Shown here piece after piece: positions 20,795 to 31,319 of a stretch of 64,000 nucleotides of DNA (position 1 is the first letter of the stretch; every line of letters begins with the position of its first letter). A program made the position numbers and the translations under genes. The notes beneath the pieces are model-generated. The model was not told where the DNA came from. It ran no database searches and saw only the letters and a program-made list of their open reading frames with translations. The stretch lies in NCBI GenBank assembly GCA_963769935.1, contig CAVYNY010000016.1, positions 1 through 64,000 on the forward strand, given 5' to 3'. This DNA is from an uncultured delta proteobacterium (GTDB lineage: Bacteria; Desulfobacterota; Desulfobacteria; Desulfobacterales; JAFDCJ01).

Positions 20795-23473
20795 ATGACT
20801 GAAGAAAAAACAATCTACCTCATCGACGGCACGGCTTATATTCACCGCGCCTACCATGCCATCCGCGAGCTTGCCAATTCCAAGGGACTGCCGACCAATG
20901 CTGTTTTTGGATTTACCCGCATGCTTCTGAAACTCATGGAAGAACGCAACCCGGAATATGCCGGCATGTTTTTTGATTCCAGGGGCCCCACCTTTCGCCA
21001 CCATATGTATACAGCCTATAAAGCCAATCGTCCCAGCATGCCTGATGACATGGCGATTCAGATTCCCTACATCAAGCAAATTACCGCCGCCTTCAACCTG
21101 CCGATTATCGAAATGCCGGGATTTGAGGCCGATGACCTCATCGGGACCCTGGCCCGGCGGGCCGAAAAAGAGGGGTTTACGGTGGTTATGATTACGGGGG
21201 ACAAGGATTTCATGCAGCTTGTCAGCGAAAAAATCGCGATCTGGGATCCCATGAAGGAAAGCGCCACCGACCTCAGAACCATCAGAGAAAACTTCGGCCT
21301 GGAGCCGCATCAAATGATAGACGTTCAGGGGCTTTCCGGTGATTCGATTGATAATATCCCGGGCGTGCCGGGCATCGGTCCCAAAACCGCAGTGGACTTA
21401 ATCAAGACGCACGGCAGCATGCAGGGGGTGTATGAAAAACTTGATACCATCAGCAAGAAAAAGCAGCGTGAAAATCTTGAAAATTATAAGGATCAGGCAT
21501 TTTTAAGCCGTGAACTGGTAACCATCAAAACGGATGTGCCGGTGATTTCGGATCTGGCAAAATTTAAGGTCACCGAACCTGACCGCCATAAGCTGTCAGA
21601 ACTTTTCAAAGATCTTGAATTCAGGCAGCTCCAGCAATCATTGCCGGAGCAGGCCGATCTCAGCCGCAAAGACTACCAGGCGGTCCTGAATAAGGATCAA
21701 CTTTCAAAGCTGATACAACTGCTGGAAAAATCCGACCTGTTTGCCCTGGATACGGAGACCACTTCGACCGACCCCATGCGGGCGGAACTGGTGGGCTTAT
21801 CGTTTGCAGTGAAGGCGCACCAGGCTTTTTACATCCCCTGCCGGCACAATTACCTGGGTGCACCCGAGCAGCTGAAACTCAAGGAAGTTTTAGGACAGCT
21901 AAAACCGGTGCTGGAAAATCCGCAAATCAAAAAAATCGGCCAGAACATAAAATATGACTGGATGTTGCTGGAGCGCAACGGCATCCGCCTGGCGGGCGTG
22001 GTTTTCGATACCATGCTGGCCTCCTATCTGCTCGACCCTTCAAAGCGGGCCCATAACCTGGACCAGATCGCGCTTGATTTTTTGGACCACAAGACCATCA
22101 CCTATGAAGACGTTGCCGGCAAAGGCAAAAACGCCGTGCTGTTTTCAAAGGTTGCCGTAGACAAAGCCGTGCCCTATGCCTGCGAAGATGCCGATATCAC
22201 CCTGATGGCCAGAGATGTGCTGCTGCCCAAGCTCAAGGAGCTGGGCCTTGACGAATTAATGAATTCGGTGGAAATGCCCCTGGTGCCGGTATTAATGCGC
22301 ATGGAAATGCGGGGCGTCGGCATCGATGTGGACCGCCTGCATGAGTTGTCCAAGTCGTTTGAACAGCAGCTCGATGCCTTGGAAGGCGATATTTACGGAC
22401 TGGCGGGCGAGGCGTTCAATATCAATTCATCCCAGCAGCTGGGCCGCATATTGTTTGAAAAACTCCGGCTGCCGGTTCAAAAAAAGACTAAAAAGAAAAC
22501 CGGTTATTCCACCGATGTAAATGTGCTGACGGTACTGGCCGCTCAACATGAACTGCCGGCTTTGATTTTAAAGCACCGCACGCTGTCCAAATTGAAATCG
22601 ACCTATGTGGACGCCCTGATCGAGCTGCTCAACCCGCAAACCGGACGCATTCATACCTCATATAATCAAACCGTAGCCGCCACCGGGCGCTTGAGCAGTT
22701 CGGACCCCAACCTGCAAAACATCCCCATCCGCACCGAAGAGGGACGGCAGATTCGCCGGGCATTTGTGCCGCGCGCCGGCTGGTACCTGGTATCCGCCGA
22801 TTATTCCCAGATCGAGCTGCGCATCCTGGCCCACTGCTCCGAAGATGAGATCCTGATCGAAGCCTTTCTGAAGGATCAAGACATTCATACCCGTACCGCC
22901 TGCGAAGTGTTCCAGGTCGACCCGGCGGCACTGTCCGATGAACTCAGAAGGCAGGCCAAGGCCATCAACTTCGGCATTATCTATGGCATGAGCGCATTCG
23001 GCCTTTCAAAACAGATCGAAATCAGTCAAAAAATGGCCCAAACCTATATCGATCATTATTTTTCACGCTACCAGGGCGTCAAGCGCTATATGGATCGAAC
23101 CATCGCCGAAGCCCGCAAGACCAGATGCACCAGCACCCTGCTCGGCCGCATCCGCCTGCTGCCGGACATCGAAAGCAGCAACCACATCATCCGCCAGGCG
23201 GCTGAACGCACGGCCATCAACACTCCCATCCAGGGCAGTGCGGCCGATCTGATCAAGGTGGCCATGATTAAGGTGGACGATGCGCTGAAGGAAAAAAAGC
23301 TGGAATCCGCCATGCTGCTGACGGTCCATGATGAGCTTGTGTTCGAAGTGCCGCCGGCTGAGCTCGATGAGGTCACCCGGCTAATCAAAGACATCATGGA
23401 AGGGGTCTGGAAGCTGAAAGTGCCGCTCAAAATTAATATTGCGAAAGGACGCAATTGGGATGAAGCACACTAA
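20795..23473 (+). CDS. polA: DNA polymerase I
   Basis: YLIDGTAYIHRAYHA 5'-3' exo; DTETT; TGRLSSSDPNLQNIP; ADYSQIELR; KAINFGIIYG; VHDELVFE. Confidence 0.99.
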   Translation: MTEEKTIYLIDGTAYIHRAYHAIRELANSKGLPTNAVFGFTRMLLKLMEERNPEYAGMFFDSRGPTFRHHMYTAYKANRPSMPDDMAIQIPYIKQITAAFNLPIIEMPGFEADDLIGTLARRAEKEGFTVVMITGDKDFMQLVSEKIAIWDPMKESATDLRTIRENFGLEPHQMIDVQGLSGDSIDNIPGVPGIGPKTAVDLIKTHGSMQGVYEKLDTISKKKQRENLENYKDQAFLSRELVTIKTDVPVISDLAKFKVTEPDRHKLSELFKDLEFRQLQQSLPEQADLSRKDYQAVLNKDQLSKLIQLLEKSDLFALDTETTSTDPMRAELVGLSFAVKAHQAFYIPCRHNYLGAPEQLKLKEVLGQLKPVLENPQIKKIGQNIKYDWMLLERNGIRLAGVVFDTMLASYLLDPSKRAHNLDQIALDFLDHKTITYEDVAGKGKNAVLFSKVAVDKAVPYACEDADITLMARDVLLPKLKELGLDELMNSVEMPLVPVLMRMEMRGVGIDVDRLHELSKSFEQQLDALEGDIYGLAGEAFNINSSQQLGRILFEKLRLPVQKKTKKKTGYSTDVNVLTVLAAQHELPALILKHRTLSKLKSTYVDALIELLNPQTGRIHTSYNQTVAATGRLSSSDPNLQNIPIRTEEGRQIRRAFVPRAGWYLVSADYSQIELRILAHCSEDEILIEAFLKDQDIHTRTACEVFQVDPAALSDELRRQAKAINFGIIYGMSAFGLSKQIEISQKMAQTYIDHYFSRYQGVKRYMDRTIAEARKTRCTSTLLGRIRLLPDIESSNHIIRQAAERTAINTPIQGSAADLIKVAMIKVDDALKEKKLESAMLLTVHDELVFEVPPAELDEVTRLIKDIMEGVWKLKVPLKINIAKGRNWDEAH

Positions 23474-23479
23474 GCGCGG

Positions 23480-24046
23480 AGTGCATAGGGCAGAGCGAAA
23501 GGATGGAAGGTGGGAAGGTAAGAGGGTGAGAGGGTGGGAAGATGGGAAGGTGGGAAGACGGAGAAGACTGGAGAAGAGCTGAGAAGATCAGAAGCTGAGA
23601 AGATGAGAAGATGAGAAGATGCCGAATGTTGGAAGGCTCGGACGGAAAAGGCTTAAGGGAAGGCTGGGCAAGGGCGAGCTCACGGCACACTGTAGAAGGC
23701 TGGGAAGATGGGATGAGAGGAAACGGAGAGACGGGGAAGAGCTGAGAAGATCAGAAGCTGAGAAGATCAGAAGGTGGGAAGATCAGAAGGTGGGAAGATC
23801 AGAAGGTGGGAAGGTAAGAGGGTGAGAGGGTGGGAAGATGGGGCGGGGGAAACGGGAGACGGGGAAGAGCTGAGAAGATCAGAAGCTGAGAAGATCAGAA
23901 GGTGGGAAGATGGGAAATGGGGGTTGTTGAGTTTGTTGAGTTGAACTATTCAACCTGAAACTATAGACTCTAAACCCTGAACCTCTGAACCCTGAACCTT
24001 TGAACCTCTATACCTCTGAACCTCGAGCACTTGGAATCTTGAACCG
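23480..24046. repeat. Long purine-rich 8-nt array with higher-order duplications, followed by a CTGAACC array
   Basis: GAAGATGG/GAAGGTGG/GAAGATCA/GAAGCTGA units to ~23920; CTCTGAACCCTGAACCTTTGAACC at ~23985. Confidence 0.9.
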
Positions 24047-24049
24047 TCA

Positions 24050-24274
24050 CTAATTTTTCTTTTTATGTTTCTTTTCCGGCTTGTCTTTTTCCGCCTGTTC
24101 GGCCGACTCATCTTGCCGCGACTGCTTTATAGAATCCCGGGTTGTTTTGTCAATCGTGCGGTAAACATTTATAAAAGTCTCGCTGAATCCGCTGGGTGAG
24201 ATTCGGCCCCCTTCGATAAATTTCACGACGATTTCTTTGGCAGCCCGCAATATCTGTTCGTCAATGTTCGTCAT
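24050..24274 (-). CDS. Small hypothetical protein
   Basis: DEQILRAAKEIVVKFIEGGRISP; strong GGAGG RBS. Confidence 0.7.
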   Translation of the reverse strand: MTNIDEQILRAAKEIVVKFIEGGRISPSGFSETFINVYRTIDKTTRDSIKQSRQDESAEQAEKDKPEKKHKKKN

Positions 24275-24501
24275 CAGCCCCCTCCCCCTCTTCGGTTGAA
24301 TTATTCCTGTATATTGTTTTAGAGTCTAAACTGATACAAAAACCAGTGTCAAGGGTTTCCGTGTTTTTGCCGGGCAGGATCAAAATAATTTTTATACCGG
24401 TTGCATCGCCAGGTTTTTAATGGCAGTGAAATTCCAAATTTCATGATTTTCATTTGCGTTACACCCTTTACCATTGGTCATTTTTCTGCTACTTTCCTGG
24501 C

Positions 24502-25482
24502 ATGCCAACTATCTCAAACCGATTTTGCTCAATTCTCACTGCGGCGATTCTAATCGCCTTATTATTCGTGTCCCTGAGCTGTTCTCTTCCCAAACCGATA
24601 GAAACCACGGTGGAAAAAACTACCAAAACCATCAAAAGAACCACGCGGTCGATTACCCGTACGATTTCCCTGGACGATCGGGATCTGCAAAGAACGGTGG
24701 ACATCTTTAAATTTGAAAACAACTCGCTGCGCGAAAGCCGGGAGTTTGAAGAAGTATTCCACAAAGGCCTGCCTGAATATATCAACAACTCCTGTCCGGG
24801 AGTTCTCATGGTGGAGCCGCAGGCCGGGAGTATCCTGAATGTATTAAAGACGGCGCCCAAACTAAAGACCGGCATTACCGACAATTATGCCCTGGCCCTG
24901 CTGGGCCGGCAGCTCGGACTCAATGCGATTGTTATCGGCAGCCTGGATGATATCCGCGTTGTGAATGAAATTCGCGGCGTCTGGGTGACGAAAGACACCC
25001 ATCATATGGTGCATGTATTTATCAGGGTTGAAATGATCGACACCCGCACTGCAACCAAACTATTGGATAATACATTTGAGCGCCGTATCGAAATCGACGA
25101 CCTCGATTACCAGATGATTAAGGAAAGTGATAAAATCAACCTGCCGGATTTAAACGAAACGCTGCACAAGCTGCTGACCGATGTCGGTGACAGCGTTTGC
25201 GACACCCTCAGGGATCAACCCTGGACGGGATTCATCACCAAAATTGACGGTGATAAATTCTTCATATCATCGGGAAGCCGGATCGGACTGAAAGCCGGCG
25301 ATGTTCTGGAAGTCTTTGACAGCAGCAAAATCATAGAAGGGCTCGGCGGCCAGCGTTTTATAACGCCCGGTTTGAAAATTGGTGAAATTGAGATTGTGAG
25401 TATCACCGAGAAAAATTCGGAAGCCAAACTGATTGAAGGCAATGGAATCATAGCGGGCAGTACGGTTAGAAGAAAGGATTGA
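24502..25482 (+). CDS. Putative lipoprotein (CsgG/FlgT-like architecture)
   Basis: Hydrophobic signal with LSC; LGRQLGLNAIVIG; C-terminal GSRIGLKAGDVLEVF...IGEIEI. Confidence 0.65.
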   Translation: MPTISNRFCSILTAAILIALLFVSLSCSLPKPIETTVEKTTKTIKRTTRSITRTISLDDRDLQRTVDIFKFENNSLRESREFEEVFHKGLPEYINNSCPGVLMVEPQAGSILNVLKTAPKLKTGITDNYALALLGRQLGLNAIVIGSLDDIRVVNEIRGVWVTKDTHHMVHVFIRVEMIDTRTATKLLDNTFERRIEIDDLDYQMIKESDKINLPDLNETLHKLLTDVGDSVCDTLRDQPWTGFITKIDGDKFFISSGSRIGLKAGDVLEVFDSSKIIEGLGGQRFITPGLKIGEIEIVSITEKNSEAKLIEGNGIIAGSTVRRKD

Positions 25483-25492
25483 CGCGCTGACG

Positions 25493-25602
25493 CGCGTGTT
25501 TGTTGCGTGTTGTATGTTGCTTGTTGTAAGTTGACTGTGGCTTGTTGCAACTTGTCTGTTGTCCGTTTTCCAACAAGCAACACACTACAAACAACATGCG
25601 TT
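25493..25602. repeat. Inverted 7-nt arrays (TGTTG.. / CAACA..)
   Basis: TGTTGCGTGTTGTATGTTGCTTGTTG...CAACAAGCAACACACTACAAACAACATGC between convergent genes. Confidence 0.8.
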
Positions 25603-25635
25603 GAGCGCTTGCCGCCTGAATTGAGGTTTTGAACT

Positions 25636-26610
25636 CTAAAGGGAATCCTCTTTGAATGAACTTTTGTACGCATTTATCAGCTCAACCCCTTCCTTTTCCG
25701 ATGACAGATGTTTGATGGATTCCCGAAACTTGCTGCTGTTGCGCATTTGCTTGGCAAACCAGCCCAGACGGCTGCGCATCAGACGGCAGGCCGGCTCTTC
25801 GCCCAGATATTCAACGCTGGCTTTCAAATAGCGCATCATAAAATCAAATCGCCGGCCGGAATCGTCGGCAATTTCCCCCTCTCCGTTCAGCCGAGCCCGA
25901 ACCCGGCTCAAAAAACCGGGGTCGCCGATGGCTTTCCTGCCAATCATGACGGCATCGCAGCCGGTTTCGGCCAGCATGTTTACCGCATCCTGCGCTGAAA
26001 AAATATCGCCATTGCCGATTACCGGTATGGCAACTTCTTTTTTTACGGCTGCGATAACGGACCAGTCCGCCCGGCCGTTGAACTGTTGGGTGGCCGTGCG
26101 GGGGTGCACGGCGATGGCGTCCACGCCGTTATCTTCTGCCATCCTGGCGATGTTGCATGCCTGCTCGCCGGTTGCATCCCAACCGGTTCTGATTTTGATG
26201 GTCAACGGAATTCGGATGGCTTTGCGAACCGCCTTGAGCAGGGCTGCAGATTTATCCAATGTTCTCATCAGGGCTGCACCGGAACCTGTTCTGATTATTT
26301 TTCGGACGGCACAACCGAAGTTGATATCAAGAATGTCGGCGCCCATGCCCTCTACCATGGCTGCCGCCTCGGCCATGATGTCGGGATCGGCTCCGAAGAT
26401 TTGGGCCGATAAAGGCTTTTCTGCCGGCGCGGATTGCAGTAAGTTTGCGGTTTTTTTCGATTGGTAGACAAGGCCGTGGGAGCTGACCATCTCCGAGCAC
26501 ACCAAACCGCAGCCCGCCTCTTTGGCTAAAAGGCGAAAAGGCAAGTTGGAAATACCGGCCAAAGGGGCCAGGATGACATTGTTATCTAAGGCAACCGAAC
26601 CGATTTTCAT
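25636..26610 (-). CDS. dusB: tRNA-dihydrouridine synthase B
   Basis: LAPLAG, DINFGC, KIRTGWD, VHPRT, IGNGDI, VMIGR. Confidence 0.93.
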   Translation of the reverse strand: MKIGSVALDNNVILAPLAGISNLPFRLLAKEAGCGLVCSEMVSSHGLVYQSKKTANLLQSAPAEKPLSAQIFGADPDIMAEAAAMVEGMGADILDINFGCAVRKIIRTGSGAALMRTLDKSAALLKAVRKAIRIPLTIKIRTGWDATGEQACNIARMAEDNGVDAIAVHPRTATQQFNGRADWSVIAAVKKEVAIPVIGNGDIFSAQDAVNMLAETGCDAVMIGRKAIGDPGFLSRVRARLNGEGEIADDSGRRFDFMMRYLKASVEYLGEEPACRLMRSRLGWFAKQMRNSSKFRESIKHLSSEKEGVELINAYKSSFKEDSL

Positions 26611-26627
26611 GGGCTATTATCGATACT

Positions 26628-26912
26628 GAATGGATCCTATTTTAATAATTTGTTTTTGGACAGGATTAACAGGATTTTGAGGATTTATTTTATTTTTTCA
26701 AAATTTCCGGATGAAATTTTGAAAACTGCAAAATCCGCTTTCAGCGGCGAAAATGCCTTGTTTACAAATACCTTTTAGTGATTTAGAAGAGCTTTTTATT
26801 TCGCCGAAGGCGATTGGGGTTTGACCTTTTTCTTCTGGAAAAAGGTCAAAAAAATCCTAAAGATCCTGTTAATCCTGTCCACTATTCTTTTCCATAAAAA
26901 TAGAATCCATAC
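26628..26912. mobile_element. MITE-like element, GAATGGATTC family
   Basis: GAATGGATCCTATT...AATAGAATCCATAC ends; internal GGACAGGATTAACAGGAT...ATCCTGTTAATCCTGTCC. Confidence 0.75.
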
Positions 26913-26913
26913 C

Positions 26914-27804
26914 TTATCTTTTCTTTCCATTACTTGAAGTCGGATTTGCATAACAAAACAAGCAGTTGTGATAACATGGCTGCTGGCGGTAGGATCCGAT
27001 GTCAATCGAAACGCGGCACCCGCAGCCGGCTTTGACCCGCTGACCGGTGTCCCTTTTGAGGGAAAGATTCCCACCGTATAGTTCCAGCAGTAGATCGTTT
27101 GGGATGCACGCGCTCGGGGTAATCGAAGAATCCCGACCCAGCGCGTCGATCACATCTTTTTCACAGCAGGTCCGCAGCTGAATGTCAAGCGCTGCCAGCT
27201 GCGCCTCCATTTTCACAAGGGTTTTTACTTTATCGATCAGCGGCGGATCGATAAAGGCAAACCCGGTCCGTGATGACAGGCGTCTGCCGATCTTGGGGTA
27301 ATGATCCATGAAGCTGGTAATACAGCGCTCAATACCCCATCCGGCGGCCTTTCCAGCTATGTAGGCGAAATCATGCAGGTTATCATTCAGCGGGCCCTGA
27401 CCTGTTTTGTAAAAACAGATGGGATCAAACCGCCAATTTATTGCCCGCGGACCGAAATGCTCAGCCAGATATTTCAGCTGATTCAACCGCTTGTCTAACG
27501 CCGGCACATTCGGTTCGAGCACCGCCGCGTCGGAATTGACGGTGAAGTTGAAAAAAAGGTGATAACCCCGTGCGAGAAGCTGATCGCCATAGTGTCCTTC
27601 GATGAACGGCCCGAAATTTTTAGACCAGAACACGATGCTGTGAACCGCCTCCGGTGTTGCCGGCACAACCGAAACGCGTTGATTAAACGGATTGACGACG
27701 TCAAATGCCCCCCGGCCGATCCGGTCCATAAACCAGGGCATGTAAAAGGCCGGAATGTCCGTGCGGCGGGAAGCGGATATGACGGTCTTATGGGGGGAGT
27801 TCAT
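26914..27804 (-). CDS. DUF1848 family protein
   Basis: ISASRRTDIPAFY, IVFWSKN, WRFDPI, CGC...DIGSY...CYHNCLFCYAN. Confidence 0.9.
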   Translation of the reverse strand: MNSPHKTVISASRRTDIPAFYMPWFMDRIGRGAFDVVNPFNQRVSVVPATPEAVHSIVFWSKNFGPFIEGHYGDQLLARGYHLFFNFTVNSDAAVLEPNVPALDKRLNQLKYLAEHFGPRAINWRFDPICFYKTGQGPLNDNLHDFAYIAGKAAGWGIERCITSFMDHYPKIGRRLSSRTGFAFIDPPLIDKVKTLVKMEAQLAALDIQLRTCCEKDVIDALGRDSSITPSACIPNDLLLELYGGNLSLKRDTGQRVKAGCGCRVSIDIGSYRQQPCYHNCLFCYANPTSSNGKKR

Positions 27805-27822
27805 GAGGTGCTTAGGCTCTTG

Positions 27823-28135
27823 AGGTTTCAGGTGTCAGCCCAGCCGCCGGCCAAAACAACGGCCGGTCTGATCATAAAAGAAACTTTTGGAAATCGGACA
27901 CAGTTGGATTTAATATCACGCCCACTTTCAGGCTTCGCTCTTCGAGCTACGACCCGACAAGCCGTTAGAGCTCACAGAGACCGCAGAGAACATTTTTCTT
28001 TCGCCGCAGGCGCCTGTAAACCCAGACCTCTGTGATCTCTGAGCGCTCTGTGTGAGATGTAGTTTCATATAAGCGCCGCCTCTGGCCGCGAGCGTCCAGT
28101 CTGATCGTGGAAGAAACTAAATGTAGTTTCACACG
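27823..28135. repeat. Composite intergenic repeat
   Basis: AGGTTTCAGGTGTCAGCCCAGCCGCCGGCCAAAACAACGGCC (also 61973, and inverted ~15860); inverted CTCACAGAG/CTCTGTG arms; ATAAGCGCCGCC..TGGCCGCGAGCGTCCAGTCTGATC (also 31248). Confidence 0.8.
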
Positions 28136-28154
28136 AGCGCATGATTTACAGTTC

Positions 28155-28502
28155 CTATTTTTTTTTAAGATCCGACAAAGATATCACCTTCGCCTGGCCG
28201 GTGCCTTTATTCTTGCGCGCCGCAGGGGCATCTTTATTTTCCTGCTCTTGCTCAAGTTCCGAGGGATCTTGCGGAACCACGACTTTTTCCAGTCGCATGC
28301 GTTTGCCCTGCATGGTGAACTCGGCCCCGTTAATATAGACGTCTTTCAGGATCCAGGTCACGATCTGGGGCGGTACCTGGAGCAGGAGCAGTCTGACATG
28401 ATACCAATCCGGTTTTGAATCCGCCAGGATGTTCTCAATCCTGGCATAGCTGAGGGGCATGTCTTCCATGTAAATCAGTACAAGGTCGTTTTCGGTGGCC
28501 AT
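28155..28502 (-). CDS. Hypothetical protein
   Basis: 115 aa ORF with AGGA RBS, ending AKVISLSDLKKK. Confidence 0.7.
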   Translation of the reverse strand: MATENDLVLIYMEDMPLSYARIENILADSKPDWYHVRLLLLQVPPQIVTWILKDVYINGAEFTMQGKRMRLEKVVVPQDPSELEQEQENKDAPAARKNKGTGQAKVISLSDLKKK

Positions 28503-28528
28503 ATTTTTAAAATTCCTGTTAAATATTG

Positions 28529-28638
28529 GAATGGATTCTATTATAATTTTTTGTTTTTAGACAGGATTAATAGGATTTTTAAGATTTTTTGTTGCCTTTC
28601 TTTGTTTCCGGAAGAAACAAAGAAAATATAATCCATAC
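28529..28638. mobile_element. Short MITE-like element, GAATGGATTC family
   Basis: GAATGGATTCTATT...GACAGGATTAATAGGAT...AATCCATAC. Confidence 0.65.
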
Positions 28639-28643
28639 ATTAA

Positions 28644-29357
28644 TTACGGAATTGATTTCATCCGGCCGACCGCCAGATCGTGCAGCGGAATAAGAATGTC
28701 CGCCATTCTCTTTATTTTCTGGATTGAGTCATAGGCCTGGGTCAGGTCGATGTGCACACCCGGCGCAATGGCCGGTCCGGTGGAAGGAAAATTTTTGTCG
28801 TTGCAGCAAAACCCCGTGATAATGGCCCGGCCTTTGGCGGTGTTAACCGCAACGGACTGTCCGCCCACCGTATGCCCGGGGGTCAGAATCACGTCGATGC
28901 CGTCTAAGATTTTGGCATCGCCGTCGACTTCGATAATTTCATTGTCATCCAGGACATCCGGATAGTACCGGTGGTCGACGGGATGGGGATCCAGCATGAA
29001 TTCATACTCTTTCTTCTGGACATACACCTCGGCCTTGGGGCACAGATGGTCATTTTCACAATGATCGTTATGCAGATGGGTGTGAATGATGATGTCGATA
29101 TTTTCGGGTGTCAGATTCAGCGTTGCCAGTGCGTCTTCAAATTCCAATATTTTAAATCCGCAGTGTTCTTCGGCACCCTCCGGCACGACAAACTGCTCCA
29201 GCCCGGTGTCCACCAGGATATTCTTTACACCGCCGCTTATGTAAAAAACATAGACCGGAAGATAAATTCGTTTGCCGTAATCCCGCAAATAAGTCATCAC
29301 GCCCTGATCCGTTTCATTGATGCCGACGGCCAGGGGGTGGATGGTGTATTCCTGCAT
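28644..29357 (-). CDS. Metallo-beta-lactamase fold hydrolase, N-acyl homoserine lactonase family
   Basis: ILVDTG, THLHNDH, TPGHTVG, IPLHD. Confidence 0.85.
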   Translation of the reverse strand: MQEYTIHPLAVGINETDQGVMTYLRDYGKRIYLPVYVFYISGGVKNILVDTGLEQFVVPEGAEEHCGFKILEFEDALATLNLTPENIDIIIHTHLHNDHCENDHLCPKAEVYVQKKEYEFMLDPHPVDHRYYPDVLDDNEIIEVDGDAKILDGIDVILTPGHTVGGQSVAVNTAKGRAIITGFCCNDKNFPSTGPAIAPGVHIDLTQAYDSIQKIKRMADILIPLHDLAVGRMKSIP

Positions 29358-29371
29358 GGTATTCTCCGAAT

Positions 29372-29740
29372 AAGTTTATTGAGTTTGTTGTGTTCATTGT
29401 GTTCATTGTGTTTATTGTGTTCATCGAGTTAGTTGATTTTATTGCCTTTATTTGGTTAACTGTGTTATTAAATTTAAGGGTTGAATTTTTAGATTTTTAT
29501 ACATATTGATGGCTTCGTAAAAGATCAAATTCATCATGTATGACCCAAAAAGTAGCAAAAAACAATGCAACCGTAAAGGTTTTAAAGCAAACAGCGTTAG
29601 TATGATGCAATCAAACGATTCAATTAAATTATAAACTGAATCAACCCAGTCAACTCAACAAGCTCAACAAGCTCAACAAGCTCAACAAACTCAATGAACT
29701 CAACAAACTCAATGAACTCAATGAACTCAACAAACACAAT
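29372..29740. repeat. Inverted 9-nt arrays (TTGTGTTCA / AACTCAACA), no cargo gene
   Basis: Left array 29372-29435, right array 29640-29740. Confidence 0.9.
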
Positions 29741-31112
29741 AATTGCGCAGATCGACGGCCTTTTCCATTCCCGGTCGATAGCCATCGTCGGTGTTCCCCG
29801 GGGCATGAAAACCGGCAGGGTGTTTCTCCAGGCTCTGTTGGATCAGGGTTTTGACGGCCGAATTTATCCGGTAAACCCACAGGCGCAGGAAATCGACGGT
29901 CTCAAGGTCTATCCTGGTGTTGCGGATATTCCGGGTCCGGTGGATTTGGCGATCATTCTGGTTCCCAGCAAATATGCGCTGGCCGCAGTTCGTGAATGTG
30001 CCGCCAAGGGTGTTAAAGGGGCCGTATTGTTTACCGCCGGATTCAGCGAAACGGGAACCCGGGAAGGCGCGGATCTGGAGGCCGAGCTGGTCCGGACGGC
30101 ACGTACAGCCGGTATGCGCTTGATCGGTCCCAACGGCATGGGGCTTTATTGTCCGGAAACCGGTCTGGCCTTTTTCCCCCAGGCCTCCCGCCAACCGGGG
30201 CCGGTTGGAATGATATCTCACAGCGGTTCGCTCACCAATATTTTAGGCGTCATCGCCGAGCAGAAAGGCATTCGGTTCAGCAAAGTGATCAGCTCCGGCA
30301 ATGAATGTGATCTGACGGCAGCCGACTTTTTAACTTATCTGGCCCACGATTCTGCTACCGCTGTGATCGGTGCCTATATCGAAGGCATCAAAGACGGACC
30401 GTACTTTCTTCAGGCTGTGAGGCAGGCTTCTTTAATAAAACCGGTCATCATATGGAAGGTGGGGCTGACATCCGCAGGTGCCCGGGCAGCCGCATCTCAC
30501 ACGGGTGCCCTGGCAGGCGCTCCCGGTATCTGGCAGGGTGTCCTGCAGCAGACCGGAGCCATACCTGTCGTGGGATTCGAGGACATCGTGGATGCGTTGA
30601 TGGGTTTTGCCCTCTTTCCGAAGACGCTTGGCAATCGCATGGCCATCCTTTCCGGACCCGGCGGCCTGGCGGTCTCGGCGGCCGAGGCCTGTGACCGGCA
30701 AGGGTTGGCACTGGCCAACCTTTTGCCTGAAACCACCTCAGCGCTGGCCCGGTTCATTCCATTCTCCGGTACCAGTCTGCATAATCCGATCGACGTCAGT
30801 CTGGCGGCGCATTTTGATCTTGAAATTTTTTTTCTGGCCGCGCGCACGCTGGCAAAAGATCCGGGAGTTGATGCCGTCATCGTCATTGGATGCGGGTTGA
30901 CCCCGCAGACCAATCGGTTATATGCGGAGGGAATGATCCAGGTATTGCAGGACTGTAAGAAACCCATTCTGGCGGTGCGAATTCACGGATTTGATCCCGA
31001 ATACGGACCGCTGTTATGCCGGGGAGGGATTCCCTTCTTTGACTCCGCTGAACGGGCCGTCGGCACCTATGCCCGCGCCTGGCGGTATCAGAATTGGCTA
31101 AAAACAACATAG
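29721..31112 (+). CDS. Acyl-CoA synthetase (ADP-forming) alpha-subunit-like CoA-binding protein
   Basis: LFHSRSIAIVG, IYPVNP, TAGFSE, RLIGPN, SSGNECD, AASHTGALAG, HNPID; start uncertain (29694/29712/29721). Confidence 0.88.
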   Translation: MNSTNTIIAQIDGLFHSRSIAIVGVPRGMKTGRVFLQALLDQGFDGRIYPVNPQAQEIDGLKVYPGVADIPGPVDLAIILVPSKYALAAVRECAAKGVKGAVLFTAGFSETGTREGADLEAELVRTARTAGMRLIGPNGMGLYCPETGLAFFPQASRQPGPVGMISHSGSLTNILGVIAEQKGIRFSKVISSGNECDLTAADFLTYLAHDSATAVIGAYIEGIKDGPYFLQAVRQASLIKPVIIWKVGLTSAGARAAASHTGALAGAPGIWQGVLQQTGAIPVVGFEDIVDALMGFALFPKTLGNRMAILSGPGGLAVSAAEACDRQGLALANLLPETTSALARFIPFSGTSLHNPIDVSLAAHFDLEIFFLAARTLAKDPGVDAVIVIGCGLTPQTNRLYAEGMIQVLQDCKKPILAVRIHGFDPEYGPLLCRGGIPFFDSAERAVGTYARAWRYQNWLKTT

Positions 31113-31319
31113 CGGTTGTCATGTTTGTAATAATTTCATGGCCTTACACATTGATTTTTCTCCTGATAGGTAATCTCACAAACGGAACATATTTATGACA
31201 ACCGCTACAAATACTTGAGTTTTTGACTATATGGCCGATAACGGAATATAAGCGCCGCCGCTGGCCGCGAGCGTCCAGTCTGATCAGATAAAAAACTTTA
31301 TAACTGGAAAGAAAAAGAG

